Source of the DNA: Clostridia bacterium | GTDB lineage: Bacteria > Bacillota > Clostridia > Oscillospirales > Acutalibacteraceae | Direction of reading: 5' to 3' | Assembly (NCBI GenBank): GCA_017549285.1 | Contig: JAFYVE010000046.1 | Coordinates: forward strand, 2,294 to 66,293 | DNA: 64,000 nt | Shown here: positions 44,420-52,782 of the stretch, one piece after another | How positions within the stretch are numbered: the stretch's first letter is position 1 | Layout: every line of letters starts with the position of its first letter | Program-made: the position numbers and the translations under genes | The notes under the pieces: model-generated | The model's input: only the letters and a program-made list of their open reading frames with translations | Told to the model about the DNA's origin: nothing | Database searches by the model: none

Positions 44420-45064
44420 ATGCCTACACAGAAAGTATCAAAAATTACGACAGAACGCAGCGACCTTTTCCTTCGTGCATCAAAAGGACATTTTGCTTCA
44501 ACGCATTCTCACAGCAATTATTATATTGATGTTGCCGCTCAGAAATCGAGACTCTCAGAAGCAAAGGCAGTAGCAAAAGAAATTTGCCGTAATTATAACT
44601 ATAATACAAGAATTGTTGACACAATTCTTTGCCTTGATGGTACGGAAGTTATCGGCACCTGCCTTGCAGAAGAACTTACAAAGCACGACTTTATGAATAT
44701 CAATGCCCATCAGACAATTTATGTTGTCACACCTGAAATGACAGGCTCATCTCAGCTCCTTCTCCGTGACAATATCGTGCCTATGGTAAAGGATAAGCAC
44801 GTTCTTGTTCTTGCTGTTTCTGTTGCTTCGGGTAACACGGTCAAGAATGCGATTGAGGCTGTTAAATATTACGGCGGTGAAGTTGTCGGTATCGGCTCAA
44901 TCTTTGCAACAACAGAAGAAATCTCAGGTTATCAGGTTGACAGCGTTTTTAATCCCAACGATTTACCTGATTATTTCTCAGTGCCTTCTCACGAATGTCC
45001 CCTGTGTAAAGAAAAAGTCAAAATTGACGCTCTTATCAATTGTTACGGTTATTCAAAACTGTAA
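44420..45064 (+). CDS. Phosphoribosyltransferase-domain protein (OPRT-like)
   Basis: PRPP-binding loop HVLVLAVSVASGNTV; C-terminal CPLCKEK. RBS AAGGAGG. Promoter TTGCAA-17-TACAAT at 44345-44373. Confidence 0.55.
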   Translation: MPTQKVSKITTERSDLFLRASKGHFASTHSHSNYYIDVAAQKSRLSEAKAVAKEICRNYNYNTRIVDTILCLDGTEVIGTCLAEELTKHDFMNINAHQTIYVVTPEMTGSSQLLLRDNIVPMVKDKHVLVLAVSVASGNTVKNAIEAVKYYGGEVVGIGSIFATTEEISGYQVDSVFNPNDLPDYFSVPSHECPLCKEKVKIDALINCYGYSKL

Positions 45065-45121
45065 AAATATCAGCCGGCTGCATACTGTAGTCGGCATTTT
45101 AATTAAAAAGGAGCTTTTAAA

Positions 45122-45976
45122 ATGGAATTTTTAAAACCTATTATTTCAATTCTCACATCTCTTATTATGTCATTCTGTGTGCTTGTCGGCATTCCCTGTT
45201 ATCCTATGGGTGAAGAAGTTGATATGGATAAGTTTGAGCTGACTTTCTCAGATGAATTTGAGGGTGAACTTGACAGAAGTGTATGGTCAGGTCATTATCA
45301 GTACGGCAATAAGACAGAATCAAGAAAGGGAAGTTATTGGAATCAGTATCTTGCTGAAACAAAAGACGGTAACCTTGTTATTCCCGTTGTTTATCTTGAA
45401 GAAGGTATGGGCGGTGAAGGTGCAGGCTGGTATACAGCAGGTGTTGATACCGATTCAGATTCTCCCAACGGTTTCAGTCAGAAATTCGGTTATTTTGAAT
45501 GCAGATGTATCCTTCCCGAGGGAGCTGACGTCTGGAGTGCATTCTGGCTTATGAATGACGGTGTTTATGAAGTTGACGGCAGCGGTAGAGACGGCACGGA
45601 AATCGATATTTTTGAAAGTGACGGATATGAAGAAATTCTTAACAGAAATATTTCATCAAACCTTCACTTTGACGGCTACGGTGACGATCATCAGAAACTC
45701 GGTGCAAAGAGATTCCTTATAAAGAACAATCCGTATGAAGAATATAATACATACGGTCTTGAATGGAATGAAGATGAATATATCTTCTATATCAACGGAG
45801 TTGAAACTTTCCGCACCTCATACGGCGGAGTAAGTCAGAACCCCGAATATCTCATACTTTCAGTTGAAATGCGTGGCGAAAACGGTATTCCTTCCCAGAG
45901 AGAAAATGCCCCCGGTGAAGAAGCTCAGTTCGTGGTTGACTATGTAAGAGTTTATCAGTATAAAGATATGGCATAA
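45122..45976 (+). CDS. Glycoside hydrolase family 16 (beta-glucanase/laminarinase-like), N-terminal anchor
   Basis: Catalytic motif GTEIDIFES (ExDxxE); WSAFWLM; GLEWNEDEYIFYING. Confidence 0.8.
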   Translation: MEFLKPIISILTSLIMSFCVLVGIPCYPMGEEVDMDKFELTFSDEFEGELDRSVWSGHYQYGNKTESRKGSYWNQYLAETKDGNLVIPVVYLEEGMGGEGAGWYTAGVDTDSDSPNGFSQKFGYFECRCILPEGADVWSAFWLMNDGVYEVDGSGRDGTEIDIFESDGYEEILNRNISSNLHFDGYGDDHQKLGAKRFLIKNNPYEEYNTYGLEWNEDEYIFYINGVETFRTSYGGVSQNPEYLILSVEMRGENGIPSQRENAPGEEAQFVVDYVRVYQYKDMA

Positions 45977-45986
45977 GTATGAAATA

Positions 45987-46013
45987 AAAGCACCCGTGAA
46001 GGGTGCTTTTTTT
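45987..46013. terminator. Terminator between convergent genes
   Basis: Stem agcaccc/gggtgct, T7. Confidence 0.8.
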
Positions 46014-46023
46014 ATTATATTGA

Positions 46024-46248
46024 TCAGGCACAGGCTTTAAGTAATCCTATTGCTCCACCGATCAGCGCAACGGGTAAAAGCAATACAAATCCGCCTGCGG
46101 AAACAAGGCACACAATGAATATCGGAACTGCAAGTATCATAAGAATTGTTGCAATTATTTTTGCCACACCCCATGTGATTTTAAAAGCAAGGCGTATAGA
46201 TGTTACAAGCAAGCAGATTGCGAGTATTGATATAATTATTTCAAACAT
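46024..46248 (-). CDS. 74-aa two/three-TM membrane protein
   Basis: Hydrophobic throughout. RBS AAAGGAGTGA lies 6 nt upstream. Confidence 0.6.
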   Translation of the reverse strand: MFEIIISILAICLLVTSIRLAFKITWGVAKIIATILMILAVPIFIVCLVSAGGFVLLLPVALIGGAIGLLKACA

Positions 46249-46254
46249 TGATTA

Positions 46255-46374
46255 TCACTCCTTTTTGTGGGTATTTTTAGTTTTTATTTCAACCCCAATG
46301 CTTTTTGCACAGTCGGGATTTTTTGAAATCTTTTCTGCGAGTTTTATTCTTATAATTTTCTGTTTCGGTGTCAT
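46255..46374 (-). CDS. 39-aa basic micro-protein (not in ORF track)
   Basis: ATG at 46374 lies 8 nt after AAAAGGAG. Sequence MTPKQKIIRIKLAEKISKNPDCAKSIGVEIKTKNTHKKE. Its last codons overlap the RBS of the 74-aa gene. Confidence 0.45.
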   Translation of the reverse strand: MTPKQKIIRIKLAEKISKNPDCAKSIGVEIKTKNTHKKE

Positions 46375-46517
46375 AATTAACACTCCTTTTTGTTCCTGTG
46401 TCTATATGATATTCTTTTTTTCTGAAAATGTGAATGACAATCTGTGCGGAAAAAGTGTATTTAAATTTACAATAAGTGCAAAACGGTGCCGGAACCTGAG
46501 TTCTGACACCGTTAATT

Positions 46518-47018
46518 TTAATTATTTTTAATCTGATTGTATTTTTCTATGTTGATTCTGCCGTCTGACAGCATCTGTTCAACCCACAGCTGGAGAGTTT
46601 CAACAGTAATGGAAATCCGTTCAAGCTCTTTCTGAATGAAAACGAAATCCTTTATTTCCTCATCGTCAATAACGCCGTCTGCAGAAATTTCAATAAGGCG
46701 CTCCTGACTTTTCTTCATAGAATTGAGTGAAGAGAGCATTTCAAGCACAATTTGAGACAAATCCTTGACCTTGATTTCAGGAACATATTTTTCACCGATA
46801 GGACATTCCTTGGCACAGTAGTGATTGCACAGAGTCGGCTCACCGTAGATTTCTGAAAGTAACATAACCTCATCGGGCGTGATGTCGAATTTGCCGTTTT
46901 CAATTCGCTCAAGCCTTTCGGGCTGTAGGGGTTTGTTTAACTCCGAAGCTTTGTCGCAGACATCGTCCCTTGTCAGCTCGTGCCTTTTTCTTGTTTCTTT
47001 ATATATAGTGTCTGCCAT
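46518..47018 (-). CDS. XRE-like HTH transcriptional regulator with Cys-containing middle segment
   Basis: RKRHELTRDDVCDKASEL..LERIENGKF..PDEVMLLSEIYG, then CNHYCAKECPIG. RBS GGAGG. Confidence 0.65.
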   Translation of the reverse strand: MADTIYKETRKRHELTRDDVCDKASELNKPLQPERLERIENGKFDITPDEVMLLSEIYGEPTLCNHYCAKECPIGEKYVPEIKVKDLSQIVLEMLSSLNSMKKSQERLIEISADGVIDDEEIKDFVFIQKELERISITVETLQLWVEQMLSDGRINIEKYNQIKNN

Positions 47019-47178
47019 AGTTTAACCTCCAAGTTTATTATCGAAATATAACTTGTAAATTTCACGAAGTATATTTTTATTATAACACAAACTCACACAC
47101 AATCGCAATACCCGATTGAAACGGCAATGGATGTGTGATATAATCATAAAAAGAAAAACAATTTCAGGAAGTGTTATT

Positions 47179-48585
47179 ATGGCAAAGAAACCGAATGTTT
47201 TATTTATCGTTACCGATGACCAGCGTTTTGACACTATTCACGCTCTCGGTAACAATGAAATCATTACGCCGAATCTTGATAAACTTGCAAAGAGGGGAAT
47301 GTCCTTTGTCCGAGCTCATATTGCAGGTGGTACGTGCGGTGCAGTATGTATGCCGAGCCGTGCGATGATTCTCTCGGGCAGAAATCCTTTTCACCTTGAG
47401 GAGTTGGGAGGAAACATTCCCGAAGCACATAAAACACTCGCAGAAACTTTTAAAAACAACGGCTATGAAACAATCGGTCTGGGAAAATGGCACAACGGAT
47501 GTCCTGCCTATGCGAGAAGCTTCACTCAGGGCGCAAAGATTTTCTTCGGCGGTATGTGGGACCATTGGAATGTGCCTACCTGTCGTTATGACCCCACAGG
47601 TGAATACGATAATGTGATAAATTTTGTTGTGGATTTCTATGGCGACAATCACCCGCAACAGCAGCATTGTGATGAGTTTGACCCGGGTAAGCATTCAAGC
47701 ACTCTGCTTACCGATGCGGCAATTGACCTGCTGAATAAAAACACGGGCAAAGAGAATCCTTTCTTTATGTACCTCGCTTATCTTGCGCCCCACGACCCGA
47801 GGACTATGCCTGATGAATTCAGAAATATGTATGACCCTGAAAAAATAACACTTCCTCTCAATTTTCAGGAGCTTATCGACACGAATTATCCGCTTATGGT
47901 GCACCGTGACGAGCATCTTGCCGCTTATCCCCGTGACGAAAAGGAAATCAGACGCCATATTGCAGAGTATTTTGCAATGATAACACATCTTGACCACGAA
48001 ATCGGCAGACTTCTGACAGCGCTTCACGAATCAGGTGAAGAGGATAACACAATCGTTGTTTTTACGGGTGACAACGGTCTTGCAGTCGGTCAGCACGGAT
48101 GGCTCGGCAAAGAGGATATTTATGAGCACGGTGTCAGAATTCCTCTTGTTATGGCAGGCCCCGGTATAGCCTCTGATACACGTAACGATGCATATGTTTA
48201 TCTTTATGATATTTTCCCCACACTTTGCGAAAAGGTCGGAATCAGCGTGCCCGATTCCGTTGACGGCAAGAGTTTTGTACAGCTTCTTGACGGACAGCAC
48301 GGTGAAAAATTCCGTGATGAGCTTTATCTGATTTTTGACAACTTTGTCCGTGGTGTGAAGGATGAAAATTACAAGCTTATTGAATACCGAAACGGTGACG
48401 GGGAAGAGGACAAATGGACTTTCCTTTATGATATAAAAAATGACCCGTGGGAAATAAACAACCTTGCTGATGACGAAGCATATAAAGAAAAAGTTGCTGA
48501 AATGAGAGCAAAAATTATTACCCACCGCGACGAGTGGGAAGAACAATCCCATCCTTGGGGCAAGGATTTCTGGACGAGATTCTGA
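47179..48585 (+). CDS. Cys-type sulfatase (arylsulfatase family)
   Basis: PNVLFIVTDDQR; formylglycine signature CGAVCMPSRAMILSG (CxPxR); GKWH; FTGDNG. ATG 47179 chosen; the track start at 47116 has no RBS. Confidence 0.85.
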   Translation: MAKKPNVLFIVTDDQRFDTIHALGNNEIITPNLDKLAKRGMSFVRAHIAGGTCGAVCMPSRAMILSGRNPFHLEELGGNIPEAHKTLAETFKNNGYETIGLGKWHNGCPAYARSFTQGAKIFFGGMWDHWNVPTCRYDPTGEYDNVINFVVDFYGDNHPQQQHCDEFDPGKHSSTLLTDAAIDLLNKNTGKENPFFMYLAYLAPHDPRTMPDEFRNMYDPEKITLPLNFQELIDTNYPLMVHRDEHLAAYPRDEKEIRRHIAEYFAMITHLDHEIGRLLTALHESGEEDNTIVVFTGDNGLAVGQHGWLGKEDIYEHGVRIPLVMAGPGIASDTRNDAYVYLYDIFPTLCEKVGISVPDSVDGKSFVQLLDGQHGEKFRDELYLIFDNFVRGVKDENYKLIEYRNGDGEEDKWTFLYDIKNDPWEINNLADDEAYKEKVAEMRAKIITHRDEWEEQSHPWGKDFWTRF

Positions 48586-48627
48586 GTATTGCTTTGAAAA
48601 CAGAATTTCATTATAAGGAAAGAAAGT

Positions 48628-49908
48628 ATGGAAGAATTAAAAATAATAAATGCTCAGGAATATGGTTTTCTGCCTGAAAACGATTCATATGAAAACTCCG
48701 TTGCTTTACAGAAAGCCGTTGATGTCGGAGATGTGATTCAGATTACAGTTCCCGGTGTTTACTGCATTTCAAAACAGATTGAAATCGGCAGCGACACAAA
48801 ACTTGTATTTGGTGAAGGTGTGATTCTCAGGCGTGAAGCGGATGAAAGCGGAGTCAACGGAAATGCTTTTATAAATAAAGGTGCAGTCAGAGGTGAATAT
48901 AACAGAAATATTGAAATCATCGGTCTGCATCTTGAATGCAACGGTGTTGAAAGCAATGACTTTGGTGTCAACAGCCGTATTGCGGGATTGCGTGCCCAGG
49001 TGGCGATGATTTATGTGGAAAATCTCAGAATCATTGACCTTGAGTGTCACGGATTGCTTGAAAAAGACTATGCAATCCAGATAAGTGCATTCAGAAATAT
49101 TTATCTTGACGGTTTATATATTACGGGCAATAAAGACGGTGTTCATCTTGGCTGGGGTGACGGATTTGTTGTCAGAAACGGCAGATTCCGTACTTTTGAT
49201 GACCCCATAGCACTCAATGCTTTTGATTATGCGACATCAAACACTCATGTGGGCTGGATTGAAAACGGAATAATTGAAAATTGTACTGACCTTGATGATA
49301 AATCAACAACAGGTTTTTTCTGCAGAATTCTCGGCGGTGCATGGTGCAGATGGCACTCAGGTATGCAGGTTCAGCATTCTGATACCGTTGCCGTGAACGG
49401 CAGAACATATCGCGTGCTGATGAATCCGAAAGACGGCAAGCTTTATTCTTCGTTTACTCCTCCGTGCCATGAAAAAGGAATAGCGGAATATGACGGCATA
49501 AACTGGGTTGCTGTAAGGGATACGGAAGAATATGACTGCGGATGCCGTAACATAATAATACGCAATATCAGACTCGAGAAAAAACGCAGCACAGCAATTG
49601 CAATAAGTCTGAATTATGATACTTACGCACGCAGTTACTATCCCGGATGTGTATGTGTTCCGCATGACGGAATTACCATGGAAAATATTGTTGTTGAAAA
49701 TGAAGTTGATAATCTGTTCAGTTCGGATTATCCGACAGGGAATATATCTCTTAAAAATATTGATTTCAGGAATTCAAAACTTCGTTTTTCCTGTATATCT
49801 GCAGCAGAAAATATTGTTTATCCCGAGGTGCAGATAAAAGCGGAAAATGTTGTGTTTTATGATGACACAATACAATCTGACCCGGGACACAGGATAAAAA
49901 TTTTGTGA
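48628..49908 (+). CDS. Right-handed parallel beta-helix protein (pectate-lyase-fold; possible glycanase)
   Basis: The N-terminus (YGFLPENDSYENSVALQKAVD) is typical of pectate_lyase_3-like proteins; periodic N/G/I-rich coils follow. No signal peptide. Confidence 0.5.
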   Translation: MEELKIINAQEYGFLPENDSYENSVALQKAVDVGDVIQITVPGVYCISKQIEIGSDTKLVFGEGVILRREADESGVNGNAFINKGAVRGEYNRNIEIIGLHLECNGVESNDFGVNSRIAGLRAQVAMIYVENLRIIDLECHGLLEKDYAIQISAFRNIYLDGLYITGNKDGVHLGWGDGFVVRNGRFRTFDDPIALNAFDYATSNTHVGWIENGIIENCTDLDDKSTTGFFCRILGGAWCRWHSGMQVQHSDTVAVNGRTYRVLMNPKDGKLYSSFTPPCHEKGIAEYDGINWVAVRDTEEYDCGCRNIIIRNIRLEKKRSTAIAISLNYDTYARSYYPGCVCVPHDGITMENIVVENEVDNLFSSDYPTGNISLKNIDFRNSKLRFSCISAAENIVYPEVQIKAENVVFYDDTIQSDPGHRIKIL

Positions 49909-49987
49909 TTTATTATGTTCTGCACCATAACAGGTTGCACTCAAAGTCCGTGAGTTTCAGTTTGATTTTCTTATTAAACATAAAAAT

Positions 49988-50036
49988 GACCTCCTTGTAT
50001 TTGGTAATACCATTTTACAAGGAGGTCTGTGTTTTG
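49988..50036. terminator. 12-bp stem hairpin between convergent genes
   Basis: gacctccttgta (49988-49999) pairs with tacaaggaggtc (50016-50027). T-rich on both sides. Confidence 0.65.
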
Positions 50037-50056
50037 TCGAATGTATGGAAGTTTAT

Positions 50057-51967
50057 TTACGAAACATATACCGCTGATACGAATTGTTTTAATTCTTCAA
50101 TATTTGTAAAATAACGATATCCATATTTGCTTACAATAGCCTGAATTTCTGCTGGCTCGTTGAGAAGAAGTGCAGTCGGTTCACTCAAACCTGTCTGAAT
50201 GCCGTGTGGCCAAGCGAGGTCGATTATTGCGACAACCTTTCCAGTCTCATCAATCAATTCGTGGTTATGTATACCTTCATGTAGCCCTTTTTCTGCCATC
50301 CACAAAGACATATTTTCGATATCCTCTTCTTCTGAAAGAGATGCTTCATATTCCTTTGATGCATAAGACAAAATCATAGTTTCTTCCATCTTACCATAGT
50401 ACAAAGAATCTAGCAAATCATTTGCTGCTTTAGCAAGCAACTTGCGTCTTTCTTCAAGGAATTTTTCATAGTTTTCGATTTCCCACAATTCGGGATCACT
50501 GGGAATCCAATGTGTATCCATTGCTCCTGGACACTTCGCTCTATATTCAGGAAAGTATTCATTAGGATATCTATTAGAGATGGCAATATTTGTTTCCTTC
50601 GTTAAAAAAGCATAGTTTGCAAGTGCATTAACAATTGCTTTATTCTTTCCTTCTTTATAAAGAATATCTTTGGGGAAAATATGATGAACGTCAAGAGAAG
50701 AACTTTTACCTAACAGTCCACTTTTAAGTTCAAGATTAGTTCCCCAATCTCGAGAATTGTTGGTTCTCGTGAGCAAATAAAGCAGTGGATAAAATCTTGC
50801 GCCTGTACTCCATCCCCAAAAATCTTCCGGCCTAATTTTTAAATCACCTCGAGATTGCTTTAACTGACGAATTAATCCTTCAATTCCGTCACCTCGATTA
50901 ATGGAATTTAAATCCTGTGCCATATTACTTTCAGTAGAACCTGCATAGCGCCCCCAAAGAAAAGCGTGCACATACCAATATAAAAGTTTATCCCATTCTG
51001 CACTACCGGATAATTTCCATTTATTATATCTTAAATAGCCTATCATTGTAACAATGGCAAACACACCACCAAGAACACGCGCATGATCCAAACCTAATCT
51101 TGAACCAATGTGATCTAAACATGTACCTATCATCTGTTCGGTTTTCGGCATTGCATCTTTAATTTTATCTGCAGAAATTTGACTAAGTGCGTTAAAATAA
51201 GGCTGCCCTGTGAGATATACAGTTATGCATCTTAATAACCAATCAATTGTAAAATCATAACCGGCTTTCTCAAATTTTGCGAGAATTTTCTTCATCTCGT
51301 TACGAGCTTCGGGCCATTCTCCGCAAATTTTTGCAAGAGCCAAGTCACCTTTACTCAATTTAGTGCCACCACTATTAACATTATTGAAAATTTCAACAAC
51401 CACATCAATAGTCTTATCGACACCAGAAACAGTTTGAACATGGATATCAAGTTGTTTGATACTATCAAGTCTGTTAAGTGCACTCATATGCTCAATCCAA
51501 AACATTGCATTTTCAGGTTCCGCAGTCATTTTCTTTTGAACAAAATTTGATGCACCCATTTTCATTAATTCAGTAACGCTTATCCACGCCTTATCGCTTT
51601 TCATTTTTGCCGCAAGATAAAACTCAAAAATTTCATCCTCTACGTTGAAATAAAGACCTGTAAAAGAATAGGGATTTCCATCAAAAAACTTTGGCGGTTC
51701 GCCCCTGATAATACCATAAAGAGTAGTCATTCTCTGTTGACCATCTAATATTAAATTAACATTACCAGGTGTTAGCGGTCCATCACCACGAGATATATTA
51801 GGATCGGTTGTTGTGTTCCATACAAGCAACTCACCAATAGGGTAGCCTTTATACAACGAACCCATAAGCTTTCTGACTTGGTCACGATTCCACACGTAAC
51901 CACGCTGAAAAACAGGCATTGCATAGCTTCCCAGATCTATTTGACTTAGTATTGTAATAATTTCCAT
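50057..51967 (-). CDS. GmrSD-family type IV restriction-like protein (DUF262 N-terminal domain + His-Me/DUF1524-like nuclease + extra C-terminal tail)
   Basis: PVFQRGYVWNRDQV and LILDGQQRMTTLY are DUF262 hallmarks, with FNNVNSGGTKLSKGDLALAKI. DVHHIFPKD...LANYAFLTKETNIAISNRYP matches the nuclease motif. ATG 51967 is preferred (AAAGGA upstream); an alternative ATG at 51985 lacks an RBS. Confidence 0.8.
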   Translation of the reverse strand: MEIITILSQIDLGSYAMPVFQRGYVWNRDQVRKLMGSLYKGYPIGELLVWNTTTDPNISRGDGPLTPGNVNLILDGQQRMTTLYGIIRGEPPKFFDGNPYSFTGLYFNVEDEIFEFYLAAKMKSDKAWISVTELMKMGASNFVQKKMTAEPENAMFWIEHMSALNRLDSIKQLDIHVQTVSGVDKTIDVVVEIFNNVNSGGTKLSKGDLALAKICGEWPEARNEMKKILAKFEKAGYDFTIDWLLRCITVYLTGQPYFNALSQISADKIKDAMPKTEQMIGTCLDHIGSRLGLDHARVLGGVFAIVTMIGYLRYNKWKLSGSAEWDKLLYWYVHAFLWGRYAGSTESNMAQDLNSINRGDGIEGLIRQLKQSRGDLKIRPEDFWGWSTGARFYPLLYLLTRTNNSRDWGTNLELKSGLLGKSSSLDVHHIFPKDILYKEGKNKAIVNALANYAFLTKETNIAISNRYPNEYFPEYRAKCPGAMDTHWIPSDPELWEIENYEKFLEERRKLLAKAANDLLDSLYYGKMEETMILSYASKEYEASLSEEEDIENMSLWMAEKGLHEGIHNHELIDETGKVVAIIDLAWPHGIQTGLSEPTALLLNEPAEIQAIVSKYGYRYFTNIEELKQFVSAVYVS

Positions 51968-52112
51968 ATTATAAAATCCTTTCATTATTCTATATTGATA
52001 AATGGTATGCTTTTTAAAATCAGTTTGCTATAAGATAAATATTATTGTTATCAAAGCAAAATCTTTTCTTCATTATATCACATAATAGTTAATTAACTCA
52101 ATACCCCTATAC

Positions 52113-52146
52113 AACAAAAAAACCAAGGCTATTTTTAACCTTGGTT
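52113..52146 (-). terminator. Rho-independent terminator on - strand, downstream of the displaced tmRNA 3'-end copy
   Basis: aaccaagg/ccttggtt stem; on the - strand it is followed by T7. Confidence 0.6.
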
Positions 52147-52226
52147 CTTGTCTTTCTGTCAGATGTCCACTTTCACGGCGAAGCCGCCTGTGAAGAAGTA
52201 GTAGGTGTTCGTCTGACTTTCGATTA

Positions 52227-52247
52227 GTGGAGATGGCGGTATCCGAA
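52227..52247 (-). repeat. Direct copy of the last 21 nt-equivalent of the tmRNA gene (att-like)
   Basis: gtggagatggcggtatCcgaa versus 52397-52417 gtggagatggcggtatTcgaa (1 mismatch). Confidence 0.8.
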
Positions 52248-52356
52248 GGCTGACGCCTTCGGCTGAATTCGATTATAAGTCCCTCGTGTCTCCGCCTTCA
52301 GCGAACCGACACGAGATGGACTATGCGGTTTCGAATACCTTGATAAAATGACAGTC

Positions 52357-52389
52357 ATAAAAAAATAACACCTCAGAAGAGGTGTTATT
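52357..52389 (-). terminator. tmRNA terminator
   Basis: aataacacctc/gaggtgttatt 11-bp stem immediately 3' of the CCA end; T-run on the - strand. Confidence 0.85.
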
Positions 52390-52394
52390 TTTTA

Positions 52395-52747
52395 TGGTGG
52401 AGATGGCGGTATTCGAAACCGCGTCCGAAAATTCATTCTCTCAGCTTTCTACGAGCGTAGCCGATAAATTAAATCTCTCCCTCAACACGCCTGTCGGCAG
52501 GCTTATATCGGGACAGCTCCGTTATGCATGACGGGTTACGGAGACACTTGCCCGTTCACGTTCACTGCTAATCGACGCCTTATCCCGGTCCGCAGTACTA
52601 CCGGGTAAGACGGCAGCTATTAAGCAGCTGCTAAAACAGTTTTATTGTTGTCGTTTATTTTTAATAAACTTGCGATTTTTAAAGCGGTACCGCACCTCTG
52701 CTCGCTTACCGGGATTCAAAATCCCCGTCGAAATCCTTTCATCCCCC
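52395..52747 (-). ncRNA. ssrA: tmRNA (SsrA)
   Basis: The - strand reads GGGGGATGAAAGGATTTCGACGGGG... at the 5' end and ...GGACGCGGTTTCGAATACCGCCATCTCCACCA at the 3' end. The internal tag frame ends ..NDNNKTVLAAA-TAA-TAG. It sits directly downstream of smpB. Confidence 0.93.
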
Positions 52748-52782
52748 TGTATCAATTAACAATGTACAATGTACAATGAAAA

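Noticed and set aside
46115-46531. 138-aa + strand ORF.
   Set aside because: It is antisense to two - strand genes that have strong RBSs. It has no RBS and a low-complexity Phe/Ile-rich product.
47200-48552. Long - strand ORFs (164, 110 and 173 aa) within the sulfatase gene.
   Set aside because: They are antisense shadows of a confidently identified sulfatase gene, with no RBS or recognisable motifs. The same reasoning applies to 5976-6467 (+), 11545-11943 (-), 28081-28569 (-) and 32405-32824 (-).
52150-52345. Possible tRNA or second tmRNA gene, because of the tmRNA-like acceptor/T-arm fragments.
   Set aside because: I could not build a cloverleaf. The acceptor 5' partner is only 5/7 complementary, no T-loop consensus adjoins the acceptor copy, and the two fragments are in opposite orientations. 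It is better explained as att/recombination scars.
52759-52778. Tandem acaatgt x3 between smpB and ssrA, considered as a CRISPR or other repeat array.
   Set aside because: It spans only ~20 nt with 7-nt units and no spacers. It probably overlaps the tmRNA promoter (TTGTAC..GATACA). No CRISPR-like array exists anywhere in the window.
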